Source: Lama glama (taxonomy: Eukaryota). Taken from it: a DNA stretch of 64,000 nt. Below are positions 49,870 through 62,210 of this stretch, one piece after another. The first letter of the stretch is position 1; every line of letters starts with the position of its first letter. The stretch lies in the NCBI GenBank assembly GCA_028534125.1, contig CM052817.1, forward strand, positions 9,860,001 to 9,924,000, given 5' to 3'. The notes beneath the pieces are model-generated. The model was not told the origin of the DNA. It was given only the letters and a program-made list of their open reading frames with translations, and searched no databases. A program made the position numbers and the translations under genes.

Positions 49870-51973
49870 CCTGTATGGGGGGCTTACACAGGGCTGAGTG
49901 TGAGCACACGCTTGTGAAAGCGTGTAAGCCAGCCCATCATGCCTTGATCTCCCCCTGTTTAGACAGCAATATTTCAACTGCTCATTTAGATTCTCTGTTA
50001 AACCACTACTCTAAGGATGCTTTGTGGTGTGATATGTGCACTTAATTTGCTATCTCTGGGACCACTGTTGGACACTATGGGCTGCAAAACACTTTACAGT
50101 CCCTTGGTCTGAAGGAATTGACTCAGTCACCTAAATTGGTACAGTGTCTTCAGTTCCAATTCTTTAATAGTATTTTGAGCACTTGCCTTTCCACAGGGTG
50201 TGCAAATCCCAGTCCAGAGTAAGTGTCTATTCATTTTAGGGTCCAGTTCTAGCCTCCTGGGGCCACCAGCATTGGCCCAGTGTATCCATTGCCTACTGTG
50301 GGTAGGGCCTTCCTCCCCGGGAATGTCCCCATAGCCATCCACAGCCTCTATCCCTCTCGTTGGTAGACAATACAGTTCCTGTTGGAGTTTTTTGCCTCAG
50401 AGGGGACAACAGGAAGATGTCCAGATTCCACGCATCTCTGCTGCCACCCTCCACGTCCACTCATTTCATGCACCCACGTGGCCACTGCAAGAATGTGCAC
50501 CCAGAGGTCCACTTAGTGGCTCCAGTCACCTTCTGAACCTGGACCGGAGTTCATCTGATGCGCATCAGCAGGTCCTACTTTAATGTGCCCCTTAAGTTCC
50601 CAGAGTGGTTGCCCCAGGGGAATACTTCACATAGGCAGCCCTTTAACAGTCCAGTTTTCCACTGTGCATTTACCTGACTGTATGGCTCAGCCATTGGCTG
50701 CTGCCCAGGAGTTGGTAAGAACCCCAACACAGGGGCTATCACCGCTGTTGAATGTGTCCATCACTGCTAGGAAAAGAGCATGCAGCTCAGTCCACTGAGC
50801 TGATTCATTCTCACCTTCCTCAAGCAGTCTCTCCACCTGCCAGTCTTAATGTGGCAGCTTTCCAAACCAGACTCTGTCCATTCCCCAAGGAACTGCCATT
50901 TGAAAACCAAGCAGCTGTTTCTTGGTCAGCTGAGTGCTGCTCCTGGGGTACCGCCCGTGTGGCAAAAGGTTGTGGCAGCTCCTCAGGTAGTTCCAAAGCT
51001 GGTCCTCGGGGAGGAGAGGCTCCCTGCCGGCGGATACAGAAACCATTTCCGCTTTTTTTTATGGAACTTCCTCTGGGCACTGCCTTCCTCATCAGAGTGC
51101 TTCTCTGATAGAGACATTACGGGCATCGCAGGTGCCATGGTTATTTTCATGTGCCTCGTCACTGAGGCAGAGTCAAATGTCAACAGCAAGCTAGTAATTG
51201 TCTGTTAATTGGTGTATATGGGGTGGTAACATGTGGAAATTTTCTGGCCCAAAACTCAGCGTCTGCCACCGGCAGGTACGCACAGGCTTTTGCCATCAGC
51301 TCCAGTCTGCTTGTCCGGTGGCAGACATTTCCAAAACCATACCTGCGTTGGGAATCAAAGCGCTCAAGGGCACGGAGAAAACTCACGCTCTGTGTAGTTC
51401 AGACATGGCCTGCTTTTTGTTCCGCTCCCAACTCGAACATGGCCTTCTTTCAGGGAGTCACACGGGTAGGAGCTTCAGTATTACCAGGTGTGGAATATGT
51501 GTTCTCCCAAATCCGCATCAACCGACCAATCACTGGTCTCCCTCCTTGGCCCTAGGGCTGGGTAACAACAGCATTTTATTTCTGGCCATTTGTGGAATGA
51601 ATGGCCGGGACGGCTCCTGCCCAGACTGTTCTCAAGAATTTCACTGGCGGGCAGGCCCTTGGAGCTCTGTTGGCTTTATTAACCCATCTCGGTTGGTTAT
51701 GGGAGTCACCGCGGGTTACACGTCAGTCCTAGCTTGTTCGTAGCTTTCTGACATTATCACAGTGTCATCGGTATAATGTTTTACTACCCTTGGGACTTGC
51801 ACCAAGTCCAAATCCCTTCTGAAAGAATTATGACAGAAGGCTGGTGCATTCAGGTAACTCTTGGCCATCAGGTAAAGTAGAGGTACATTCAGGTCCCTCC
51901 ACGTGAGGCTGAATGGCAGCTGGCCCTTTTCCAAGTTTGAAACAGAGGAAAAAGTGTTTGTAAGCTCAGTCAC
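49870..51973 (-). pseudogene. Degenerate ERV-L (class III) pol relic: RT, RNase H, integrase
   Basis: Disrupted minus-strand frames give RT (FSLTW...SYLNAPAFCHN...RDLD...HYTDD), connection domain (FWARKFP...YTPINRQLLAC), RNase H (AWFSNGSS...WKAA), IN N-terminus (WVHEMSGRGG) and IN core (ASAQNTIKEL, SDQG, VQQW, GLTENLN). Confidence 0.88.
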
Positions 51974-52006
51974 TGAGAGTTCTCTGATCTGCTTTTACTC
52001 ACAGCC

Positions 52007-52018
52007 CTTCTGACACCA
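52007..52018 (-). other. Retroviral primer-binding site, tRNA-Leu type
   Basis: Minus strand TGGTGTCAGAAG lies directly 3' of the LTR and is complementary to the recalled tRNA-Leu 3' end ...CUUCUGACACCA. Confidence 0.75.
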
Positions 52019-52019
52019 A

Positions 52020-53369
52020 AGGTGAGGGGTTTTCCTCTCATACCAACCAATTCTCCAACTCTCTGCTCGCCGACTGGGTGTCCCACAATTCAGTTCGGTT
52101 CTGACACCAACGGTTAGTCTCAGACCCCACAGGTTTAAGTGCTCAGTCCCACAGGACTGTCCCCTTTCAGGTGCCAGTCACAAGAATCAGGTCCCCAGGT
52201 CACCCACATTCTGTCCAACGGGCTACGAAGTCGAGCGTTCCCACAACCCCTCTCCTCAGGTTAAATTATTTACGAGAGTGACCTACAGAATTCAAGAAAA
52301 CGCTATACTTCTTGTTAGAGTTAATTATAAAGGACATAATGGGGTTCAGGAGACACCACCTTAAAATACGGCACCTTGGCCCACTGGATATGCCAGGCTG
52401 AAGGAGTCTGAGAAAATAGCAGAAGCAAGAAGGCCGTTCTGACCTCTCCCACCAGGCCTGTCTTCCTTGCAAGCAGGAGGTAAATCTCCCACGTGAAAGG
52501 TACCCTCCATGTACCAAGAGGAAGAGAGACATCACTAGAGACAGGGAATTTAGGGCAGAAAAGACTAATTAAAAAAAAAACAAAAAACCTTGTTAATTTT
52601 TCACCATTTACTACCCCTAGCCCAAACCTCCCTGCCTTGACAATTTTCCACAAATGTCTTGTTTCTTTTCTAAAGGTATAAGAGTTTCCTGTTCTGGTCA
52701 CTGCTTCCAGTCTTCATTCTCCTGTGGAGGCTCCCAGGTACACGTAAAAGTTCAATAAAATGTGCTTTTCTCCTGTTAACCTATCTTTGTCAGTTTAATT
52801 GTTAGACCTAGCCAGGGACCCTAAGAGGGCCTGGGAAAGCTTACTCCTCCCCTAAAGATACAGTGACCAGCCCTTTGAAGGGGTACACAGGGCAAGGTCC
52901 ACAAGGGTTCCAGATGCAGGAGCCTCTGTCCTGTGTAGTTGAGGTGTGCACCTTCCCACTCCCAGCACATGGATGTGTTTGCCGACTTGGAAGCTCCCCA
53001 GATCTTATTGTTTAGGGATTTTTTTATGGAAGTTTCATCATCTGGACATGACCGATTAAACCATTGGCTCTTGGGGATTGAACTCAATCTCAGGCCCTCT
53101 CTCCTCCCTGCGGTTGGGAGTGGAGCTGAATGTTTCAGCCTTCTGATCCACGTTGGCTTCTCCGACAACCAGCCCCCATCCTGAAGCTATCTAGGGACCC
53201 TCCGAGAGTCACCTTGTTAGCATAAACTCAGGTATGACCAGTTGAAAGGGGCTTGTTATAAATAACAAAATCCATTCCAATCACCACCATCACTTAGGAA
53301 ATTCCAAAGCCTTTAGGAGCTCTGTGCCTGGAGCCATGGGCAAAGACCAAATGATAATAATGATACACA
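52020..53369 (-). mobile_element. MER21-like LTR (putative 5' LTR), interrupted by an ERV1-type LTR
   Basis: Minus strand starts tgtg...atttggtctttgccc...ggcacagagctcctaaa...ggaatttcct...cccctttcaac...atacctgagtttatgctaa, as in the recalled MER21 consensus. Confidence 0.8.
52337..52856 (+). mobile_element. ERV1-class solo LTR (MER34/MER39-like) nested in the MER21 LTR
   Basis: Starts taatggggttcagg and ends ctcccctaaa. TATA-like ggtataag near 52676, AATAAA at 52754-52759, 4-bp TSD gaca/gata. Confidence 0.75.
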
Positions 53370-55044
53370 GCCTCTTCTCCTACTTTCTTCCATTCTGGCC
53401 ACCTGTCCCCTCACTTGAACACACCAAGAACATCCTCCACCAGGGACTCTGCTCATGCTCTTTCCTCTCCCCCAGAGGCCCCCACATGGCAAGTTCCCTC
53501 ACTTCACTCCGATCTCTGCTCAGAGGTCCAGTTCTCAGGAGAGCGTTCCAGCCACGCAGGCTCTCTGCCCTTCACTCTGCTTTGTTAGTCTTTGTAGCGC
53601 TTATCACTGCCGGACATTATTATATTTGCTTTTTTATTTGTTTATTTCCCATCTCCACCCTCCAAAAGAACAGAAACTCCGTGGGGGTGGGAACTTTGCT
53701 TTCTCCGCTGTGAACCCACAGTAACTAGATTGTCTCCTGACACATGGCAGGAGTTCATGCAACGTTCGTTGGATGGAGGAGTAAACGATTCTGCCTGCCT
53801 CTAGCAAGTGGATGGACTGTGGGTCAAGGGCCCTGCTTGATGAGTACTGGGACTGAGGTGACAAGCAGCCTTCAAATCTTGCGTTTCACGGGCGGGGAAG
53901 AGGGTGAGGAGGCCTGTCCCATTCCTTTCCTTTCCCTTTTGCCAGAGAAGGCAGAGCTGCAAAGATCTCTTCTGGCTTGACCTGCTCTCACCCAGAAGCG
54001 GGTCTTCCCCACTCCAAACTCTCCAACTGCCCAGGGGTCAGCAGGAAATTTCAATCTGAGTGTTCCTCCCCCCCCCGAGAGGAGTTCCCTTCCTGTGATC
54101 TCCTGTGGCTTAAATCAGGACCTAGAAAAAGGGGACCCTTACTGCCTGTTTCATAAGTGCATAAATATAAAAATAAGTAAATGAATAAACACACGAATGA
54201 AAGACACCAAAACCCAGCACATGAGGATCAATCTGTCCACAGTATCTGCCAGAACAGGTGATTCGAGGTCTGTTCTTCTATCTTCAAATTCTCCATCAAC
54301 TCAGGTTTCTCCTCACCTCAAGTTTTACTATAAATATCTTCAAATATAAGAAAATTGAAAGACTATGCAATGTATGCAGAAACTCTCCTCCCCGATTGAA
54401 CAGGAGTTAACATTGTGTCATAGTTACCTTCTTTCTTTCTCTTTCCTTACCCTAGTTTTCTCTCTCCCTTCCCTTACACGCCCTTCTTCCCTTCCTTCTA
54501 TTGTTTTTTTTTTCAAAACTATTTGAAAGTAAGCTGGACACTATACTTTATGTTTAAATATTCCAGCAAGCATTTTCCAGGGATATTCTACTAACTGTAA
54601 CTCCATTAGCACACCTAAGAATATTTACAATAATTCTATCATCTAATTTAGTACATGGACTACAATAAATAGTAAAAAGTAATAAATAATAAAAATAAAA
54701 ATATTAAAACTCCTCCATTTGCCTTAAGAAAGTGTTCTCTGTTTTTTTCCTCCTCTTTTTCTGAATCAGGATCTAACCAAGTACCCCACATGGCTTTTGG
54801 TTACGTCTCAATTGTCTATTTCAATCCAAAGCAGCCCCTCCTGGATTTGTTTTCCATAACATTGCTTTTTTAATACAATAATCTAGGCCAGCTGTCTTCA
54901 AGAATGTGCTACATTCTTCCTTTGTCTGGTGTTTCCTCCTGGTGTCATTTGACTTGTTCCTTTAGCCCCCGTGTTTCCTGCAATCTAGATGAAGTATAGA
55001 CATTTGACTAGATTCACATTGAACACCTTTGCCCAGAATACTTA

Positions 55045-55350
55045 TGTTTCCATTTCCAATTGCTGCTGTAACAAGTTGTTATAAACTTAGGGATTTAAAA
55101 CAAGACAAATTTATTATCTTACAGTTCCGGAGGTCGGAAGTCCTATCCAGGTTTCACTGGGCTAAAATCGAGGTGTCGGTATGGAAGCTCTAGACGAGAG
55201 TCTGTTTCCTTGCCTTTTTCATCCTCCATAGCCATTGCATCTCTCCAACCATTCTTCCATAGTCAAGTCTCCCTCTGAAGGTTCTCCTTGTCTAAGGGGT
55301 CGTGTGATTAGATTAGCCCCACTTGGCTATTCAGGGCACAATTCCTTTTT
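55045..55350 (-). mobile_element. MaLR LTR (MLT1C-like)
   Basis: attgctgctgtaacaa...ttaaaacaa...aatttattatcttacagttccggaggtcggaagtcc. Confidence 0.75.
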
Positions 55351-56799
55351 AACTGAAAAAAAAAATACAATATGTTCCTATAATTGAAATACTAAATATT
55401 GCAAGAAAAAAGTTTGCAAAGAGGTCTTGTTGTCCCCTCCTTTTTTATGGATGACCTAGAGGAATAAGTCCACTGTCTCCTGAGGAAGGAGATCTGCCAG
55501 TACCATCCCCTTGAAGAAGCTCACTCGTCTTGACTGTCGCCTGCATGTTCATTCTTGCCAGTGACTGTTGACAAACTGGGAAGTGATTCTGCCACATAAG
55601 TACCCTTGAGAGGAAGGACTTCAGAAGGGGATCAGGAAAACGAGCTTCTACCTGTTCTCTCTCACCTGTGTCCTCAAGGGAAGGGTCTCAAGCTTGGGCA
55701 AGTGTGATTCATTCACTTCCGCCTGAGGAAAGGGGACCAAATATGGCAGCCACCAGCTCTGATCTAATGAGTCAGAATGGCTGGGGAGGGGCTCTGGCAG
55801 CTACATTTTTTAATCTGCTCCCCTTACACTCAGGTCTCTCTGAGGCACACTGTTGGCCAACTGCTTCCCTCTACAATTCAAGTATATACCTCCTGAAACA
55901 GCTTCACTGAGAGAAGGACGGTTTCCTAATGGGACTCTTGATAGGATAACACGTTCCTATGAAGGTTGGCAGAATCCTGACTCCCCAAAGATGTCCATGT
56001 GCCAGTTCCTGGAATCTGTGCCTGTGTTATCCTATGTGGCAAACAAAATTTTGCAGATTATGCTAAAGAATGAGAGCAACTATGTCCTAGTCCTGGCTCT
56101 CTAATTCCCGAAAAGACCTCGGACCACTTACTTACCTTCTCTGGGACCCAAGTTTCTCATCTGATGACAGGACCTTCAAGCTAGAGAAGTGCTGACTCCA
56201 TGATCCCAAACCTGCAATTCCCATCCGACACAGCCATTTGCCATGTCAGTGATCATTTCCACTACAACGTACAGAAGCAGCTCAGTCAACAAGCTCTGAT
56301 CAAGTCTCACCAAGAGCCAAGCCCCTGTGTGTTAGGTGCCCTGTGAGATACAAGAGGTAAGGCGTGAGCGTTGACCTTTTGAGACATCTCCAGGGAGCTA
56401 GCAAACCTCAAGAAAATAGTGAATCCCAAACGACCTCACAGAATCATATTAGGTGGCACAGACTACAGGGGTTGAGAGATTGACCCTCGGCGCTTAGTGT
56501 CAACAGAGGATTCTTTGAAGGGTGCCATTTACCTGAGAAGTTAAAGAAAAGTAGAAATTTACTAGGCACCAGTGGTAGAAAGGAAGCTGGGAGCATAAGG
56601 CGGTGTGAAAGCACAATGTCATGAAACAGGGCGCTGGAGCACAGGGAGAGCCCCGCACCCAGTGCGCCTGTGCCTTCAGGTGTCTGCACAGTGGGTGAGA
56701 AACAAAAGTGAACTCCTAATCCCACCACTAACACTGTTTCACAGCACTTCCTGACTTCGGGGGAGCAACTCAACTCTTTCAGTTTGGTCAAACCTTCAA

Positions 56800-57610
56800 A
56801 TCACCGTTGACTGCTCTTGTTCATGACTCATGTCCAGTCCATCACCAAATTCTATTGGCTTTATCTTTAGAATAGATCCCAAATCGAGGGCCTTCTCTCC
56901 ACTTCACTGCTGCCACCTTGGTCCCTGGCCACCATCATCTCTCAGCTGGACTGTGGGGAACACCTCTAACCTGCTGTTCAGTGTCCACCCATGACTCCCT
57001 GCATGCTCCTCTCAGCACAGTGGTAGACTGATCTTGTTCAGGTGAAAGGCAGATCATGTCACTCCACCAGTGGCCTTCCATGGCACCCAAAGTGAAAGTT
57101 AGTCTTTATAATGACCTTCAAGATCCTACAGGACACGGCACATCCCCCACGCCCCAGACCTCACATCCTACCATTCTCTCCCTGCTCACTCCTTCCCTTC
57201 TTTCCATCCCTACTAGCTTCCTAGTTGCTCCAGCTACACTCCAGTCTCAGAGCCATTGCCCTGGCCACACCCTCTTGCTTGGAAAATTCTTTCCTAAGAC
57301 AGCTCCTACCCTTGCTATCTTCTCAGCGAACCCTGCCCTGAAAACCCTATTTATAATTGCAACCTGCTCCCACTTCTATACTTTCAATCCCCCTTAACAT
57401 GCTCTGCTTTTTCCTATCTTACTCTATAATTAAATGATTATTTTCTTACATTTATTGTTTATGGCCTTTCTCTCCCCGCACCCACCCTCAACTACTAGAA
57501 TCTCAGCTCCACGAGGGCAGGGAATTAAGTCTGACTATTGCATTGCCTTAGTAACACGCCTGGCTCATAGAAGGACTCGACGCATATTTGTTGATTGAAT
57601 GAATGAATAA
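56800..57610 (+). mobile_element. L2 3' fragment with (gaat)n tail
   Basis: gccaccatcatctctcagctggactg ... agctccacgagggcaggga ... tatttgttgattgaatgaatgaat. Confidence 0.75.
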
Positions 57611-58429
57611 ATCATGGGATTTTCTGTTGGGCTGCTCTGAAGACAAAATGTGCCAGACAGTCACCATCAAAATGGTATTTCCCTCTGCTCTGTTTTTGTG
57701 CTCTGCCCAGGAAGAGTCCTATAATGGCTCCCTGCTGGATGTCAGCCCATCCATTACCACGTAAAGGAGGTGAGAAAGCAGGGTGGTTACACCACGAGCC
57801 TTGCTTTCTGGCTCTGTCACTTACTAGGTGTTTAAGTCATCCTACCTGGACCTCAAGTTCCTCACCTGCAAATGGGAAGCAATGATACAAACCTCCCAGG
57901 CAAGAAGAGTAAGCGAGATGACGTAAAGCAGCATGTGAGCAGGACAGCTGCTATTCTGTAAGTCCTCTAGAGGACGTACAGCAGAGACACGGTCTTCCCC
58001 TGCAATCATCTCAAAGCCAGATGAACGCCCCTGGTTCTAAGGAATTGGGAACTGGGGCAAGTGTGCCAGTCACACCTTGTGACCTTTGTCCATCACACCC
58101 TTCTTCAATTGTCTCCAGATCCAGCTAATTTTCCCCATTTTCATTTCCTCTTCCATGCGGGGCAGACATCTCTCTGTAACAATCTTTGCCAGTGGAACAG
58201 GAAAAAACAGTTTCCGTCTCATGAAAAAAATAGTAAAAGCTGGTTCAAGGCCAACCTTGTAAGAAATGCCCTTCCTCTCCTACCCATCCCCCACCCCTGG
58301 GAATTAAGGTTCCCACCTTTTAAGGGGATGGGGTGGTCAGAAGGAAGGGTGGGTGAGATGACAGCAAGGGTGGGAGTCGGGACTCTGAGAAGGCCAGGGA
58401 GCGAGGGCAGGTGGAGAAGGTGAGGGCCG

Positions 58430-58588
58430 GAAGAGCACGCTCCTGCATTCCGCCCAGTTAGATGCAGATGCGAGCTGGAGCAGTTGCCAGCCAGGTACCT
58501 GGCAAGGTCGGTGGCCGCGCTGATTGGCCGGGGTGCGTGGGGCGACATCAGGCGGTGGGGCGGGAGCCGGGCACGGGAGGGGCAGGGC
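58430..58588. promoter_or_regulatory. CpG-rich promoter-like segment (CCAAT box, GC box) truncated by a gap
   Basis: ctgattggcc (58520-58529), ggggcggga (58557-58565), dense CpG. Confidence 0.45.
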
Positions 58589-59088
58589 NNNNNNNNNNNN
58601 NNNNNNNNNNNNNNNNNNNNNNNNNNNNNNNNNNNNNNNNNNNNNNNNNNNNNNNNNNNNNNNNNNNNNNNNNNNNNNNNNNNNNNNNNNNNNNNNNNNN
58701 NNNNNNNNNNNNNNNNNNNNNNNNNNNNNNNNNNNNNNNNNNNNNNNNNNNNNNNNNNNNNNNNNNNNNNNNNNNNNNNNNNNNNNNNNNNNNNNNNNNN
58801 NNNNNNNNNNNNNNNNNNNNNNNNNNNNNNNNNNNNNNNNNNNNNNNNNNNNNNNNNNNNNNNNNNNNNNNNNNNNNNNNNNNNNNNNNNNNNNNNNNNN
58901 NNNNNNNNNNNNNNNNNNNNNNNNNNNNNNNNNNNNNNNNNNNNNNNNNNNNNNNNNNNNNNNNNNNNNNNNNNNNNNNNNNNNNNNNNNNNNNNNNNNN
59001 NNNNNNNNNNNNNNNNNNNNNNNNNNNNNNNNNNNNNNNNNNNNNNNNNNNNNNNNNNNNNNNNNNNNNNNNNNNNNNNNNNNNNNNN
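58589..59088. other. Assembly gap (500 N)
   Basis: Run of N. Confidence 1.
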
Positions 59089-61837
59089 GTGGTCATTTGT
59101 TATAGCAGCAAAAGGAAGTTAACCCACTGCCCTAAACTCCATTATGCCAGCCTCTGTCCACCAGGGGAGGAGTTTGTGGACCCATGGCATTAGTGCCCAC
59201 CCTCCTTCTGGACCTCCCATGGGTGCCCAAGATCGAGTTCATTGCCCAAATGTCCCAAGCCCACTCTCCACTTGCATGGCCTGTTTCCTTGGTCCAGCCT
59301 CACAAGGGGGCACCCCAGTCCCAAAGGGCACCCAGCGGTGGCTATTAGTGGGGTTGGACAGAACTGGGATGTGCAGGTGGGGTGGTTCACACATGTACGT
59401 GAGGCTGCTCCTGCCGTGGGATGGAGCTCTGGGTGACAGGAGAAGGGGACAGGCTGAGGGCTGGGGGCTGAGGGCCTGGGGGGTGGGGGCTAGGGACTGC
59501 ACCAAGCAAGCCCTGGGGGGTGAAGGGGGAGAAGGAAATACTGCCCTGTTTCATGGTTCTTCTCTCCAGCTTGGAGCTCTGAGGAGTCTAAGAATTCTGC
59601 ATTTCACCCTAGCTTTCTGAATCATTAGAAAAGTAACTTTGTTAAGGAAAGAATAGACCTTTTTAAAACAGTTTGTTAGTTTAATCTATAACTTCTAAAT
59701 ATTTATACATATGGGATGTCAGACCCTGTCTGTACTTTTGCCTGAACCCTGGAAATGTCAGGGGGTGGGGAGCAGACCAGGTGTGTAATTCAGATTATTT
59801 TCCATGCATCCACACATGTGTATAAATATTGTTTTCTGTAACCTTTGATCTTACCATAAATATTGTATGATAACCTGCCACAGTCTACTGTCGCCAGACA
59901 CCAGTTCTGAGATATTTAGGTGGTTTCCAATCAATTCCCCGTAGGACTTTCAAGTTGTTGTAACTAATCTCTGTTGTTAGCTATTTGGATTGTTCGGTCT
60001 TTTTGGTTTTGCAGTCCAAACAAATCAGCCACAATAAGCTAAAATTGAATTAGGAATAAATAACAAAGCATTGGAATCTCTTTTCTTTAAACCTGAGAAA
60101 TTCTAAATTATGCTAAAATGATTAAAGACAAATTTCATAACGTTCAAAATGACCCAGTGCATCCAAACAACCAGTATGCGCTGAAAACGCAGGATGTGAT
60201 GCCCTACGGTTTTGACATGTCTTTGTTTTAGCCGGGTGGTTTTGTCCGCTGGCTGGGTTTCCAACTGAAGTGTTTTTAGCCAAACGCTGGAGCCAGCACA
60301 CCAGCACCTGCTCCAATATTATCTGCTCTTTCCTCTGCCAGAATTTGGGGTACTTCCAATTGACAGAGAGGTCCAGGGGGGCCCACAGAGGAAGGAAGTT
60401 AAATTAAAGAGCCCCTCAAATGGAAGAGCTGAGGCTCTTGTCTACGGTCCTTAAGCAAAGTTGTACCAAGGTCTGTGTGCCCCAGAAGGTGCTCTATATC
60501 TGGGAAGAGGAAAATGTACATTGACATTTTCCAAGCTCTTGCTCAAAAAAAAAGAAAAAAAAACAGAAAATGCTGGCTTGCTTTCTTCCAAGGTTTTAGT
60601 AGAGAATGTCATAAAAATTCCCCCTTAATGTCTTGCATGAAATAAGAGAGTAGTGAGTTCATTTCTCACTGGCAGGTGGAAGTTGTCTGCCTGGGGGAAG
60701 TAATAACACGGCAGCCCCCTCCTCCCTTGCCGGCACTCCATGAAATCGTCACTTGGTTGGTCCCACGGAGATTGGTCATGAGCCATCAGCAAAACGGGTT
60801 TCCTGAGGGCTCAGGGCTCTGCATGCCTCCCCATCCTTCCTTCCTTTTTCTCTCTGCTCCTCTCAAGGGGCAGAAGGGACAGCTGTAAAGACAAGCTGAG
60901 TTAGCCCATCACATTGACAAGGCTTCTTGGGAACTGCTCCATTCTAGAACTCTCCTTTGAATCCGTGACCAAACCAGGTGCTGAGCTCAGGCCTGGAGCA
61001 ATGCAGGTGAATGAAACATTGTCCCCAACCCAGACTCCCAGGATTCTAAGATTAGGACGCTCCTGGGGGAGCCAATAGGCAGGTCAGTAAAGTTTAATGA
61101 GCACCTGCTATGATTAAGGCACTGGGTGTACAGAGGTTAAGCCGGCCTGCCTCTGCCCTTAAGGAACACAGAGCTAAGTAAATGCACGCAGGAAGCTGTC
61201 CTGGCAGGAGGGCCCTGGGGGACCCGAAGGGCGGGCACGACTGCTCAGCTCGCCCGGAACCGTCAGGACTCAGCAGAGGAAATTACAAAGAGTTTGAAAC
61301 TCGGTTTCAAAAATGAGCCAACACACATCAGAGTAGGTTGTCTCATCCACGCTTGGTGGAGTATAAACCGGGGTGCTGGTGGAGACTTGGCACAACCCAG
61401 TGTGCAGGCTGCAGGGATCCACCTGGTGGGAATTTAGCCTACGAATTTACTGGGAAAAGTTTGCCCAGACCCACGTGTGCTGGCCTCCCCCGCAGCTTTG
61501 TTTGTGATGGTGGAAGCTTAGGAGACCAGCTGCTTATCCGCAGGGGCTGGCTCAAGAAGGTACCTCTCTATGCTGGAGACACTGTAGCCCGTGAAGAGTG
61601 AGGCGGGTTCGAACATGTTACTCCAGAAAGAGACCCAAGATATGTCACTGAGAGGAAGAGGCAAGATGCAACACTGTAGAAGTCATAGTCACTTTTCTCT
61701 GGGTGATTTTCATGGCAGAGGGGTAGTCAATACATATACATTAAGCAGGTGAGAGTCCCAAGAAACTGTTTGCAGTGGTGTCCTATGGGGAAAGTCATGA
61801 GAGAAGCAGGGAGGAAATGCTTTGGTTTTCTAACCAC

Positions 61838-62210
61838 GTGTGGTGGGCTGAAGTGTGTCCCCCTAAATTTCACATATTGAAGTCCTAACCCCTTGTACTT
61901 CAAAATGTGACTCTATTTAGAGTTTTTAAAGAGGTGATTAAGTTAAAATGAGGTCCTATGGGTGGGTCTTAGTCCAACATGACTGTCTTCTTTATAAGAA
62001 GAGACACAGACACTCGGAAGACAGAGGCACACAGCAGACACGGAGAAGCTGGCTGAGTACAAGCCGGCGACAGAGGCCTCAGAAGAAACCAATCCTGCCA
62101 ACACCTTGATCTTGGACTTCTAGCCTCCCAAACTGTGGGCAAATAAATTTTTGTTGTTTGAGTCCCCCAGTGGGTGGTACTTTGTTATGGCAACCCTAGC
62201 AAACACGTAT
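61838..62210 (+). mobile_element. MaLR LTR (MLT1A/B-like)
   Basis: tgtggtgggctgaagtgtgtcccccta ... ccttgatcttggacttctagcctcc ... tttgttatggcaaccctagcaaac. Confidence 0.85.

Noticed and set aside
51198..51743. 181-aa plus-strand ORF and neighbouring ORFs
   Set aside because: Antisense shadows of the degenerate ERV-L pol.
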